A stretch of DNA of 64,000 bases from Candidatus Hermodarchaeota archaeon (lineage in GTDB: Archaea > Asgardarchaeota > Hermodarchaeia > Hermodarchaeales > Hermodarchaeaceae): contig JAEOTB010000091.1 of the NCBI GenBank assembly GCA_016840065.1, positions 54,233 to 118,232 of the forward strand, read 5' to 3'. Shown here piece by piece: positions 1 through 9,632 of this stretch (its first letter is position 1; each line of letters begins with the position of its first letter). A model generated the notes under the pieces. It saw only the letters and a program-made list of their open reading frames with translations, was not told the DNA's origin and did no database searches. Position numbers and translations under genes: made by a program.

Positions 1-691
1 CAAAATAACTACCTAGAGGTGCAGCGATAACTGCACCCCCAAAAAGGAAAATTGTATAGAAAATAAAATAAACATCGAAAATCAATCGACCTAGTAAAAT
101 GTATAATGTCACGGCAGTTATACTCACTACTGCTTTAGAGACTGTTGTACAGCCAATCGATTGTGAAGCTTCTCTTCCTGAGAGAATCTGGCCCCCCGCC
201 ACTAGTGGAGTGTAACCCCCACCAGTCAAACCCTTATTAATGGCAGCAACCCCGCCAAGAACAACGATTTTTCTCCACGAGAAGGCTATTTTGAATTCAA
301 CAATAACTAGTATACCCAGCAATAGAACTGTAAGCCCAACATAGGCTTGGATAAGAATAGGAGTAATACTAACAAGCGTGTAGAATAATAGAATAGCAGT
401 TACTGCCCCTATCATCCCTGAGATAGAAAGCGCAATCACCATTTTTGAATCGTCGGAGAAGGAGAAATTTACATTGCCATGAACTTGAAAGGCAATGGCA
501 GTAGCAATTGATGCACCAATTGAGGAAAATAGAATTGCTGGCACCACTTCTATTACTGGTAAGTTAAGTAGAATTAATACAGGGGTCAAGAATGTGCCAT
601 ATCCAAATCCAAATACGGCATCAAGAAATTCAGCTACAAACCCGAGAATGAATAGTAACAGTAGTAGATTAAGACCTCCGTCCATTACCAT
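1..691 (-). CDS. TSUP (TauE/SafE) family membrane transporter, 3' end runs off the window
   Basis: Not in ORF track; manual translation from ATG 691: MVMDGGLNLLLLLFILGFVAEFLDAVFGFGYGTFLTPVLILL...ISGGGYTPLVAGGQIL, glycine-rich TSUP motifs. Confidence 0.75.
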   Translation of the reverse strand, partial: MVMDGGLNLLLLLFILGFVAEFLDAVFGFGYGTFLTPVLILLNLPVIEVVPAILFSSIGASIATAIAFQVHGNVNFSFSDDSKMVIALSISGMIGAVTAILLFYTLVSITPILIQAYVGLTVLLLGILVIVEFKIAFSWRKIVVLGGVAAINKGLTGGGYTPLVAGGQILSGREASQSIGCTTVSKAVVSITAVTLYILLGRLIFDVYFIFYTIFLFGGAVIAAPLGSYF

Positions 692-741
692 CCACCTATA
701 GCTATCTGCTAAGTTTTGATTGATGGATTTTTGAATGCAGA

Positions 742-2673
742 CTAAACTAATCGTATAGTTTCGAAGTTTTGAAGGGCGCGAGTTTCAACCCGACGCCTTT
801 GAGCTAAATCTCTATGAAGATGACTGGACAAGTTAATACATTTGGTAGCCTCACCGTGGCATGTGAGGACTCGTTCAGGCTTTGGTTGAATACGGCGAGC
901 GTACTCAACGAGTTGACGTCGATCACTATGGCCACTAAACCCTTCAACCGTATGGATTTGCAAATCCACATTTATGACTCCACTATGACGTCCACTATTG
1001 ACCAAGGGGAGTTGGCGTCTTCCTTTTTGTATTCGACGACCTAAAGTTCCTTCAACTTGGTAGCTTACAAAGATAATTGAGTTACGAGCATCGCCTGCAA
1101 GCTCTTTGAAGTATTCAACGGAAGGGCCGCCAGTCAGCATACCACTTGTTGCAAGGATAATACAGGGACCTCCCTCTATTATCTCCGTGCGCGCATCATG
1201 ACCATCAACTTGAGTAAAGTACTCGGCTGTAAATGGATTCTGGCCTTGGTGGAAGATTTTATCTCGGAGTTCACGAGCGAGATACTCCGGATGAGCTGTG
1301 TGAATAGCTGTAGCTTCAGAAATCATGCCATCAACGAATACTGGTGCTTCCATGAGCGTTTTACGGCGCATGTGTTCGTCTATGACTACTAGAAGTTCTT
1401 GGGCACGACCCACTGCGAGAACTGGAACAAGAACCTTGCCACCCACTTTCAATGTCCGATTGATGTAATCGACCAGTACTCTTTCAGAATTCTTACGAGA
1501 AGGCATGATGTCACTTGGAGCACCATAAGTCGACTCCATTATCAGAGTTTCAAGGCGTGGAAACTTATCGATAGCAGGTTCAAGAAGGCGACTCTTTGCA
1601 TACTTGAAATCGCCTGTAAACGCAAGGTTGTATTGACCATCACCGAAATGGAGATGAACTATACTCGACCCAAGAATATGACCCGCGTTATGGAGTGTAA
1701 GGCGAACATCAGGTGCGATATCGGTAACTTCGCCATAATTTAAGGGAATTGTGTGCATGATGAGTTTGCGAATATCCTTGAGTCCATATGGAGCAACTTT
1801 ACCTTCCCTATGAGCGACTTCAAGGTAATCAATCTGCAACATCGTCATTAGGTTCTGAGTAGGTGCCGTGCAATAGACAGGGCCTTCAAATCCATATTTA
1901 TACAGGAATGGAGCGAACCCACAATGATCCAGGTGGGCGTGGGTAATAACAAGTGCATCGAGGCTAGAAAGGTCAAGTTCAGGGAGGTCTAGGCGCGGGA
2001 ACGCATGTTCTGTGGTACCTACGTTGACGCCGCAGTCAACCATTATTGTAGATTCAGGAGTTTGAAAGAGTTGACACATACGTCCAACTTCGCGGAAGCC
2101 ACCAAGAGTTGTTAGACGAATCCATCCATTGCGGATGTGGATAGGGCGATGAATCCTGCGACCAATTTGGCGGAGTATAGTTTTTCGCTCCTCACTTGAG
2201 GATTGGATGGCGTGACGAATTTTCAGTATTGTGCTGGAACTTAGCGGTGGTGTACGAATGACAGTGGGTCTCCACAATGTCTGTAAACGAATTTGTTCTA
2301 GTGTACTACCAGTTCTACCAATTACTAATCCTGGTTTCCTTGCTTCGATTATGACTTCCCCAATTGTGTCATTGAATGCAATGCCAGTAATTTCGGCTTC
2401 TTTGGGCACGATTTCACGTATGATGGTTTCAGTTTGCTCGTGGGTCTTTCGGATGATTGGGTCGGATCGTATTACTAGTCTTTTCCGGAGTTGCTTAGCT
2501 AGTGTCTTGATTACTGTTTGCTCACCTAGCGCCTTGGGGTTTCTAGCATAAATTGCGATTTCTGGACCTTCAAACTCGATACTTGTAACACCTGCGGTTG
2601 CAGGGAGTCGCGATAGGAGGTCCTGACGGATTTTTTCTAACGAATCTTCAATTGCCATGTGATTACCTCGCAC
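742..2673 (-). CDS. fttA: beta-CASP ribonuclease aCPSF1/FttA with N-terminal KH domains
   Basis: KH motif PGLVIGRTG, THAHLDH metallo-beta-lactamase motif, AGHILGS, FSGHSD; true start may be Met at 2658. Confidence 0.95.
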   Translation of the reverse strand: MRGNHMAIEDSLEKIRQDLLSRLPATAGVTSIEFEGPEIAIYARNPKALGEQTVIKTLAKQLRKRLVIRSDPIIRKTHEQTETIIREIVPKEAEITGIAFNDTIGEVIIEARKPGLVIGRTGSTLEQIRLQTLWRPTVIRTPPLSSSTILKIRHAIQSSSEERKTILRQIGRRIHRPIHIRNGWIRLTTLGGFREVGRMCQLFQTPESTIMVDCGVNVGTTEHAFPRLDLPELDLSSLDALVITHAHLDHCGFAPFLYKYGFEGPVYCTAPTQNLMTMLQIDYLEVAHREGKVAPYGLKDIRKLIMHTIPLNYGEVTDIAPDVRLTLHNAGHILGSSIVHLHFGDGQYNLAFTGDFKYAKSRLLEPAIDKFPRLETLIMESTYGAPSDIMPSRKNSERVLVDYINRTLKVGGKVLVPVLAVGRAQELLVVIDEHMRRKTLMEAPVFVDGMISEATAIHTAHPEYLARELRDKIFHQGQNPFTAEYFTQVDGHDARTEIIEGGPCIILATSGMLTGGPSVEYFKELAGDARNSIIFVSYQVEGTLGRRIQKGRRQLPLVNSGRHSGVINVDLQIHTVEGFSGHSDRRQLVEYARRIQPKPERVLTCHGEATKCINLSSHLHRDLAQRRRVETRALQNFETIRLV

Positions 2674-2985
2674 CGAGAAGAAATGAGTTACCTAAACTGA
2701 TAGCAGTATGAGCATCGTAGAGAAACATGGGTAACCCTTCTACTTGTTAAGGTGTTTCCTCAAAGACTATTAGGGAACTCAAATGTCATGGATAGAACAT
2801 ATCGGAGTTAAGAGGAAAATTTTGAGGATTCAGAGAAACAACACTGAACCCCTGTACCTAGTTGAAGAGGAAAAGGTCAATTATATTTAAGTCTTTTCAG
2901 CTGTTATTCAACTCAAGAAAGCAGATACCAAGAGAAATAGGATTATTCAACCAATCTTCCTGAAATCGTCTTTTTAGAAAGAAGA

Positions 2986-3450
2986 GTGATAACGAAGGTG
3001 AAAGTGTTGGCAATAATTACACTAACAGGAAAGCATGTAGCCCGGGTTGGAAATAGTTTTGTATTTTCAGGACAAACAGGAGAGTGCGAGGGATGTGTAC
3101 TTAGAAAGGTTTGTTGCGGTAAATTAGAAACTGATCGTGTGTATATCATCATAAATGTACGAGATAAGATTCATGATTGCCCACTTCACGAGGAGGGAGT
3201 GCAGTTGGTGGAGGTAGAAGAAGCTTCAGTGAAAGTAGCATTATTATCTCAGCAACTCTTTGAAGGGGCGATTTTCACTTTTCAACCTATTGCGTGTGAC
3301 CAATGGAGCTGTGCAAATATCGATTCATGTAATCCAGTTGGGCTAATTGAGGGTGATCGGGTTCAAATTGTGGATGTTATCCAGAAGTCAGGATTGGAAT
3401 GTTCTCTCAATAAGAAACTGGGACACGCGCTTGTCCGTAGAGTGCTATAG
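2986..3450 (+). CDS. UPF0179 family Cys-rich archaeal protein
   Basis: ITLTG..A..G..F, CEGCVLRKVCC, HDCPLHEEGVQLVEVEE. Confidence 0.85.
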   Translation: MITKVKVLAIITLTGKHVARVGNSFVFSGQTGECEGCVLRKVCCGKLETDRVYIIINVRDKIHDCPLHEEGVQLVEVEEASVKVALLSQQLFEGAIFTFQPIACDQWSCANIDSCNPVGLIEGDRVQIVDVIQKSGLECSLNKKLGHALVRRVL

Positions 3451-3459
3451 GATAGCAAT

Positions 3460-4260
3460 TCAAGTCTCAGACTTTGGTAGACCTACAGGCCATTCTTCTA
3501 TGAAAAGGACTTTCGAATACTTGTCTTTCATATAGGTATCAATATCGTGTGTGACTCCTAGTTTCTGAATCTGTAATGACTTGTTTAGCAATAAATGAAG
3601 ATCTGCTGAAATTGTTATTGTCACATTAGAAGCACGTGTTGCCACAGTGATACTCTTTGGGTCAACTCCGAAGAAGCGGCGATGGACTAGGGCTTGAACT
3701 TTTTCTACTGTTTTTGTATACCTCTGGACGAGTGTGACTTCGTATCTTACAGTACGTCCAGCCAATACGTGATTGAAATCTACAGTCACTCGCCCCCCTC
3801 CAACACGCCGGATAATCCCAGACTGAGAGCCAAGTCGGACTCGCATACCGGGTGCAATTTTGTGCTCGCTTTTTATTTTGGCTTTGGGAAGGATTTGGAC
3901 TCGCTTTGGGTCTCGCAGACCAAAGGCTTTCTCAGGTGGCAGGACTACCGGTTTAGTTTCACCGACTTTCATTCCTATCAGAGCTTCATCGAGACCAGAA
4001 GGAACCCAAGCTTGTCCTACTATTATTAAGCGCGGCTGATACATTTCTTCGTCGCTGAATACATCCTCTTGGCGCGCTATTTCCTCCTTTGTAGTATCGA
4101 AAAGCTGGTTGTCTTCCTGAGTATAACCAACTATATCAATAAGGACGAAGTCGCCTGCCACAACAGCAGCCGAAGCTGCAGCACTTTTACTCTTATGTTT
4201 ACTTCGAGGTTTTGAGGATTTACTTCTAGACGAAGGCTTTTGTTCTGGCATTGTAGTCAT
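3460..4260 (-). CDS. Long archaeal FKBP-type peptidyl-prolyl isomerase (SlyD-like)
   Basis: GDFVLID..G...LFDTT, GLDEALIGMKVGE, PPEKAFG.RD, VDFNHVLAG. Confidence 0.9.
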   Translation of the reverse strand: MTTMPEQKPSSRSKSSKPRSKHKSKSAAASAAVVAGDFVLIDIVGYTQEDNQLFDTTKEEIARQEDVFSDEEMYQPRLIIVGQAWVPSGLDEALIGMKVGETKPVVLPPEKAFGLRDPKRVQILPKAKIKSEHKIAPGMRVRLGSQSGIIRRVGGGRVTVDFNHVLAGRTVRYEVTLVQRYTKTVEKVQALVHRRFFGVDPKSITVATRASNVTITISADLHLLLNKSLQIQKLGVTHDIDTYMKDKYSKVLFIEEWPVGLPKSET

Positions 4261-4346
4261 CTCAAGGATTCTATCTCGTAAACGCCTTCCGAAGCCTTAT
4301 AAAATTGTCCACGTTTAATACCGAACCGAACTTCGGTGATAGCTAA

Positions 4347-5522
4347 TTGAGAATATTATTTGTGGTAGAGTCACATTCACAAAGGGCTGGAGGAGGACCT
4401 ATTTACTGGGCGGAGCTTAGTAAAAGGTTGATTCAACGAGGACACAAAGTTCTAATCCTTAGCGGTATTGAGCCAGGGGCTTCGTTTGCTTCACCGAATA
4501 CAGTCGGATGCCTTTCGGTGCGACCTGACCTTAGACGACGAACACCTCGTACTTTGTTAAGTCGCTTCCTTTTTTCTCTGCGCTATATTCCTGCAGTTCG
4601 AGCTTTTGCTCACAATTGGAAGCCTGATATTATCCATACGGTTCCTCCAATCGCCTCAGAAGCCGCCTTTCGAGCAGGAGAATCAGTAGGGGCTCCGGTT
4701 GTGGCTTCAGTCCTGTCCCATGTTGAAGCTCAATGGAAAACCTTGGAGGCGCACCCCATTCGTTCTTCGCTATTTCATTGGCTTGAGCGGCGCTCCCTCC
4801 GACACTCGTTCGCCAAAATAATTTGCATCACTCAGCATTCCCGTAGAGTATTATTGTCAGATGGTATAGCGCCAGAACGTGTAGTGTATGTTCCTCACGC
4901 TGTAGATACGGACAAGTTCAATCCTAATGTTCAGCCCGAATTCCGTGAACAGCTAAGACTTGGCTCCAAAGAGTTTGTACTTGGATACGCAGGCACGCTA
5001 ACGAAAGACAAAGGGATCGAACAATTAATCCATAGTCTTTCTCTACTCAAACATCACAGGAATCTCCATCTTGTCCTAGCGGGAGTGGGTGAAGACCGGC
5101 TATTCTTTGAGAAGTTGACGATTAGTCTTGGATTGACGAATGTTAAGTTTCTTGGACGAATCAGTCACAATGTTATGCCAGCTTTTATGAAATCGCTTGA
5201 TTTGTTTGTTGTTCCTTCCTTTACTGAAACGTTACCAACAACCGTTTTAGAGGCCTTATCAACAGGAACACCCGTTATGGCCTCGGCTGTTGGCGGTGTT
5301 GCAGACTTTCTTCAGAATAAACTAGGAATCCTCATACACAACCCCAACGAAAAAGTGATAGCGGTAACTATTGAGAAATGGATAGAGCGACGTTCTGAAC
5401 TTAGAGAGATGGGAAATCTGGGGCGGAGTTACGTGTTAGAAAACCACTCTTGGCAGAAAACTAGTATTCAAACTGAAGAAGTATATAGACAGTGCCTTGA
5501 AGAAACTAGGAGCGCTTTGTAG
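4347..5522 (+). CDS. GT4 family glycosyltransferase
   Basis: GT-B fold motifs KGIEQLI, DLFVVPSFTETLPTTVLEALSTGTPV. Confidence 0.9.
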   Translation: MRILFVVESHSQRAGGGPIYWAELSKRLIQRGHKVLILSGIEPGASFASPNTVGCLSVRPDLRRRTPRTLLSRFLFSLRYIPAVRAFAHNWKPDIIHTVPPIASEAAFRAGESVGAPVVASVLSHVEAQWKTLEAHPIRSSLFHWLERRSLRHSFAKIICITQHSRRVLLSDGIAPERVVYVPHAVDTDKFNPNVQPEFREQLRLGSKEFVLGYAGTLTKDKGIEQLIHSLSLLKHHRNLHLVLAGVGEDRLFFEKLTISLGLTNVKFLGRISHNVMPAFMKSLDLFVVPSFTETLPTTVLEALSTGTPVMASAVGGVADFLQNKLGILIHNPNEKVIAVTIEKWIERRSELREMGNLGRSYVLENHSWQKTSIQTEEVYRQCLEETRSAL

Positions 5523-5537
5523 CCAGTAGAAACAAAT

Positions 5538-6719
5538 TTACTCAAGCATTCCGAAATAGAGTTTTTCTAGCTGTCGGGTTGTTGGTTCTCGAGTGAATTT
5601 TCTTACTACACGTTCTCTTCCTGCCTTGCCTATTTTTGAACATAACGCGTGATTATCAAGTAGCTTTGAGATCTTCTCAGCTAATGCGACTGGATTGTTG
5701 GGCGGTACTAGATATCCAGTTTTACCATGATCAACAACGTAAGGAACGCCTCCAACATTAGTAGAGATAACAGGTTTTCCGCGAGCCATCGCCTCTAACA
5801 GAACTATGCCAAAAGCTTCAGATCTTGAGCGAGAAGGAAGTACGAACAGATCGCAGGCTGAATACATATCACGTAAAACTTCACGAGAAACCCTACCAAG
5901 AAAACGAGTTGAATCCGCAACACCTAATTGTTTACTCATTCTTAGAAGATGGGGATGTTCCGGCCCAGACCCTATCAAAACCAGCAGTGCTGACTGGTGT
6001 CGCTTCCTCACTCGACGAAACGCGTGTAGAAGCGTATGAAGACCTTTGTAAGGAACGAGTCTTCCAACAAACAGAATTAGCTGAGAATCAGATGAAAAAC
6101 CAAATTTCTTTCTCAAAGCAGAGGTATCACCTAGAGGTTCTAAGAAGAAAGGATCAACAACGGCAGGAATTACTGAGGTTTTTTCCTTGTATCTCTGGAG
6201 AAAGTTTGAGGTTTCAAGATATAGAGGAGAGGTCACAATAAGGCGGCTGGCAACACCTGCTGCTAAGTGACGAGATAGCCAATAGATTTGTCCTAGCCAC
6301 TTATGGAAGGAGGCGGGATTCGGCATAAGGTCGCTAAGAAGAGCGTCCGCATGATAGGTTATAGCTAAAGGAACATTGAGAAGGCGGCTGACCATAGCAG
6401 TAAGATCCACAGTCATTGGAGAATTGATGTGTGCATGAATGATGTCGCTATCATCACGTAGTAGAGCGGTGAATAGTCCAGGCATAAAAGGATAGGAGAA
6501 CGGACGGGCTACAGCGCGGTACCTGTGAACTTGGATTCCCTGCCAGATTTCTTGGTGAGGAGCTCCTAGAGTACGTGAGGTGTAGACTTTGACATGATGA
6601 CCAGCGTCCACCAGGCCTTTAGCTAGGTTGTATGCATATGTTTCAATACCACCGACTACTGGCGGAAAATTATGAACAACCTGTGTGATGTAGAGCTTTC
6701 TCTTCATCGGGTGGTACAC
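5538..6719 (-). CDS. GT4 family glycosyltransferase
   Basis: FPPVVGGIE, LFVGRLVPYKG, SEAFGIVLLEAMARGKPV. Confidence 0.92.
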   Translation of the reverse strand: MYHPMKRKLYITQVVHNFPPVVGGIETYAYNLAKGLVDAGHHVKVYTSRTLGAPHQEIWQGIQVHRYRAVARPFSYPFMPGLFTALLRDDSDIIHAHINSPMTVDLTAMVSRLLNVPLAITYHADALLSDLMPNPASFHKWLGQIYWLSRHLAAGVASRLIVTSPLYLETSNFLQRYKEKTSVIPAVVDPFFLEPLGDTSALRKKFGFSSDSQLILFVGRLVPYKGLHTLLHAFRRVRKRHQSALLVLIGSGPEHPHLLRMSKQLGVADSTRFLGRVSREVLRDMYSACDLFVLPSRSRSEAFGIVLLEAMARGKPVISTNVGGVPYVVDHGKTGYLVPPNNPVALAEKISKLLDNHALCSKIGKAGRERVVRKFTREPTTRQLEKLYFGMLE

Positions 6720-6749
6720 ATCATATCTTTTATTGGAAAATTATTGAGC

Positions 6750-7244
6750 CTAACTCGCTGTCACATTTAAGGGTAGGTGAACCCAGATACCCGTGTAACC
6801 TACAATAGCCGTTGTATAATCGTAGCGCCATAACTCGAATGTTAAGCGAAAGTTGATACCTAGCGTAGTCATGTTCAGTTCTGTAGAAAATAACCAACTG
6901 TCTCCGTGAAGGAGTATTCGTTCATATTCTTGAATCGTGGGCGCTGAGGATGGATTGGTGCTATTTGCCATCGTTGTGGGAGAAGCTAGTTTCACATATA
7001 CATAGAAGTATTGGACAACTCCCATCTGGTTCTCAACTTCTATATAGAGAGAGACATTGCTGTTCTGTGTGATACTAGTTGGATAGCTTGTTTGTTGGTT
7101 TTCATCTAAGACGCTCAGTGTGGGCGTTAATTCTTGTGGAGGAAGTAGCCATAATGAAACGAGTAGAGTGCTTGTCGATATGACTATGGCAATCATCAGT
7201 ATTGTTAGAACAGTTTGTCCATGTTTGTTCATTTGCCGCTTCAC
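6750..7244 (-). CDS. DUF1616-like membrane-anchored protein (soluble C-terminal part)
   Basis: N-terminal TM, YP..I....NVSLYIEVENQMG, RLTFELWRY...WVHLPLNVT. Confidence 0.6.
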   Translation of the reverse strand: MKRQMNKHGQTVLTILMIAIVISTSTLLVSLWLLPPQELTPTLSVLDENQQTSYPTSITQNSNVSLYIEVENQMGVVQYFYVYVKLASPTTMANSTNPSSAPTIQEYERILLHGDSWLFSTELNMTTLGINFRLTFELWRYDYTTAIVGYTGIWVHLPLNVTAS

Positions 7245-7750
7245 TCCTCTTTTGGAAGGCGAATTTTCATTCTTAGGATTTCTCTTGTTTGCTGCCGTCT
7301 ATGTTTTTTCCACCGCGTTATAAGCATATATGTAATGATTACTGCTGTTACGACTACAACACAAACAAGGAGTATCTGTGTGGCAGAGTTTGTAAGCGCA
7401 ATTGCTAAACGTCTTTGCGCTTCATCAATAACACCTTCAGCAGTGTTCTGTGCACTTTCTGCAAGTTGGATAGCTGTAGTGAATTCTGATGCGTTAAAGG
7501 CAGCACGGGCCAAGTTAAGATTATTAATTGCCGTGTTTAGAGCCGATGCTAGATCTGTGATGTCGGCGCCCGCTAAATCTGTTTGTGTGATTTGGTTAAA
7601 AGCTTCATAGATTGTTGTTTGCGCTGTGTCAATAGCTTGTTGTGCCTCGTTCTGAAAATCGGATTGTTTTAACGCTAAGGCTAGCCCATTTGAAAGGCCA
7701 ATAATGCTCAAGCACAAGATAAGCACTAGGTAGGTTTTGCAGCGAGGCAT
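7241..7750 (-). CDS. Hypothetical protein with signal peptide, Ala-rich helical bundle and C-terminal membrane anchor
   Basis: Hydrophobic N- and C-terminal segments; 4-bp overlap with downstream gene. Confidence 0.65.
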   Translation of the reverse strand: MPRCKTYLVLILCLSIIGLSNGLALALKQSDFQNEAQQAIDTAQTTIYEAFNQITQTDLAGADITDLASALNTAINNLNLARAAFNASEFTTAIQLAESAQNTAEGVIDEAQRRLAIALTNSATQILLVCVVVVTAVIITYMLITRWKKHRRQQTREILRMKIRLPKEE

Positions 7751-7836
7751 CGGCTTTCACTTCAATTAAGATTACCCTATTAGGAGAGTAAACGTAAAAA
7801 GAGTATTGCACCAAGGGAGCAGGCAGGCTGCTTGCG

Positions 7837-8472
7837 ATGTCTCCTATAAAAGAAGATAGTCATGTACCTGAGACAGTAAGACAATTGATTCTAGACGCAT
7901 TACGTTCTCGTCGTTTCAACTCTGTCCGAGAAATTGTTCGCACACTTGAAGTATCTGGAGTAAAACAGACTGTAACTCTTAGAGTTATTAAAGACCTTGC
8001 CAGAGAGGGAGAAGTCGTTCTCAATCCCCCTAGTGCTCCTGATGATGCGGTTATGGCACCAGTTACAAGCTTGAAGCACTATTTAGGGAGCACACTATCT
8101 ATAGATTTATGGCTAACATTGCTACTACTAGCCCTAGGTATAACGACTCCATTCCTGATTCCCAACCTATTTCCTTTAGTAACTGTACGCTGGGTTTTCG
8201 CAGGCATATTCCTTGTGTTTATACCAGGGTTTGCTTTTGTACGTAGCCTCTACCCATTCGACCGTTTCATAGACTACTGGGAACGGCTGGCCCTCTCTAT
8301 TGGTCTTAGCATCGCCCTTGACGTTCTTGTTGCTTTTGCACTAAACTTCAGTCCTTGGGGAATAACGCCTTTACCAACATCTGTTGGCCTGTCCTTTGTC
8401 ACAATAACAGCAATTATGATCGCCACTTACCGCCGTGTAAGAGTTCTAGTGAAACCTAAAGGAAGTGAATAG
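7837..8472 (+). CDS. wHTH plus DUF1616-like membrane protein
   Basis: FLVFIPGFAFVRSLYP, ERLALSIGLSIAL, ALNFSPWGI are typical of the DUF1616 membrane region. Confidence 0.7.
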   Translation: MSPIKEDSHVPETVRQLILDALRSRRFNSVREIVRTLEVSGVKQTVTLRVIKDLAREGEVVLNPPSAPDDAVMAPVTSLKHYLGSTLSIDLWLTLLLLALGITTPFLIPNLFPLVTVRWVFAGIFLVFIPGFAFVRSLYPFDRFIDYWERLALSIGLSIALDVLVAFALNFSPWGITPLPTSVGLSFVTITAIMIATYRRVRVLVKPKGSE

Positions 8473-8494
8473 AAGAACTCAGGAGCGAGTTATT

Positions 8495-9610
8495 CTATCT
8501 GAAATCAGTACCAGGATCAATCCGGGCGCCAGGAGGTACAATTGCGCCTGGATAGATAGTTGCACCATCACCTACAAGTTGAAATTCTTCAAGACGGATT
8601 TTGTCTCCGATTTTTGCGCCTTGCCCAATTACTGTATTTCTCAATACAACGCTTTCACCGATTTCCACGCAGTTAAAGATTACAGCATCACGAATTCTTG
8701 TACCCGCGCCAATAGTTACATTTCGACCTAGAGTGACATTTGGGCCAATCTCACAATCATTCCCTATTATCGTGTCTTTCCCTTTCCAATAAGGCCTGAG
8801 ATATCGAACATTTCTACTACTTGTGGGACCGATGTACATCCTACGCACTGGCCCATGATGAGTGGGCGGCGACTCCCGATGAGATTGATTCGTGCTAGCA
8901 GCAAGGACTTCTTTATTGGCTTCTAGATAGGAGGAGGGTGTTCCGGTATCAATCCAGAGCCCTTTGTGTTCCCAACCGTAGACGCGCCCTTTCTCGCATA
9001 GTAGTGGGAAGGTTTCTCGTTCGATAGACACCTTTCTTCCCAACGGTATATGATCAAGCACTGACTCGTCTAGCACGTAGCAGCCTGCATTGATTAAATT
9101 ACTTGGTGCCGTATCAGCAGGAGGTTTCTCGATAAAAGCAAGAATCTGCCCCTCCGATGTTATATCAACAACACCATATCTGGAAGGGTCATCAACGCGG
9201 TAGAGCGCAATAGAAGCTTGAGCTTGATGGTAGCGATGGTGAACTAGAATTTGTTGATAGTTCATATCGGATACAATATCACCGTTAAGTACGAAGAACT
9301 CGCCACTTCCACGAAGGTAATCCTCCGCTTGCCTAATTGGACCAGCTGTTCCTAGTGGTTCTTCTTCTAGTGAATAATGAATGTTAACCCCAAGCCTTTC
9401 GCCATCGCCTAAAACTTCTTTAAGTGTATCAGGACGATAGCCAACCGCTAACACAATCTCTCTGAACTCCTGTTCTGCCAATCGCCCAATCATGTATTCG
9501 ATAAGGGTTGTATTCCCCAATGGGAGAAGCTGCTTTGGACGTGTATAGGTGAGTGGTCTGAGGCGAGTCCCGAATCCGCCTACGAGAATAACAGCAATCA
9601 TATCTATCAA
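8495..9610 (-). CDS. NDP-sugar pyrophosphorylase (mannose-1-phosphate guanylyltransferase-like)
   Basis: GGFGTRLRPLT..RPK, EPLGTAG, NGD, FIEKP, C-terminal hexapeptide repeats. Confidence 0.9.
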   Translation of the reverse strand: MIDMIAVILVGGFGTRLRPLTYTRPKQLLPLGNTTLIEYMIGRLAEQEFREIVLAVGYRPDTLKEVLGDGERLGVNIHYSLEEEPLGTAGPIRQAEDYLRGSGEFFVLNGDIVSDMNYQQILVHHRYHQAQASIALYRVDDPSRYGVVDITSEGQILAFIEKPPADTAPSNLINAGCYVLDESVLDHIPLGRKVSIERETFPLLCEKGRVYGWEHKGLWIDTGTPSSYLEANKEVLAASTNQSHRESPPTHHGPVRRMYIGPTSSRNVRYLRPYWKGKDTIIGNDCEIGPNVTLGRNVTIGAGTRIRDAVIFNCVEIGESVVLRNTVIGQGAKIGDKIRLEEFQLVGDGATIYPGAIVPPGARIDPGTDFR

Positions 9611-9632
9611 CTATTTTGTGTATTGCGAGCTG

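Noticed and set aside
2806-2874. Short direct repeat AGTT(G)AAGAGGAAAA upstream of aCPSF1
   Set aside because: Only two short purine-rich copies; could be chance, so not enough to call a regulatory site
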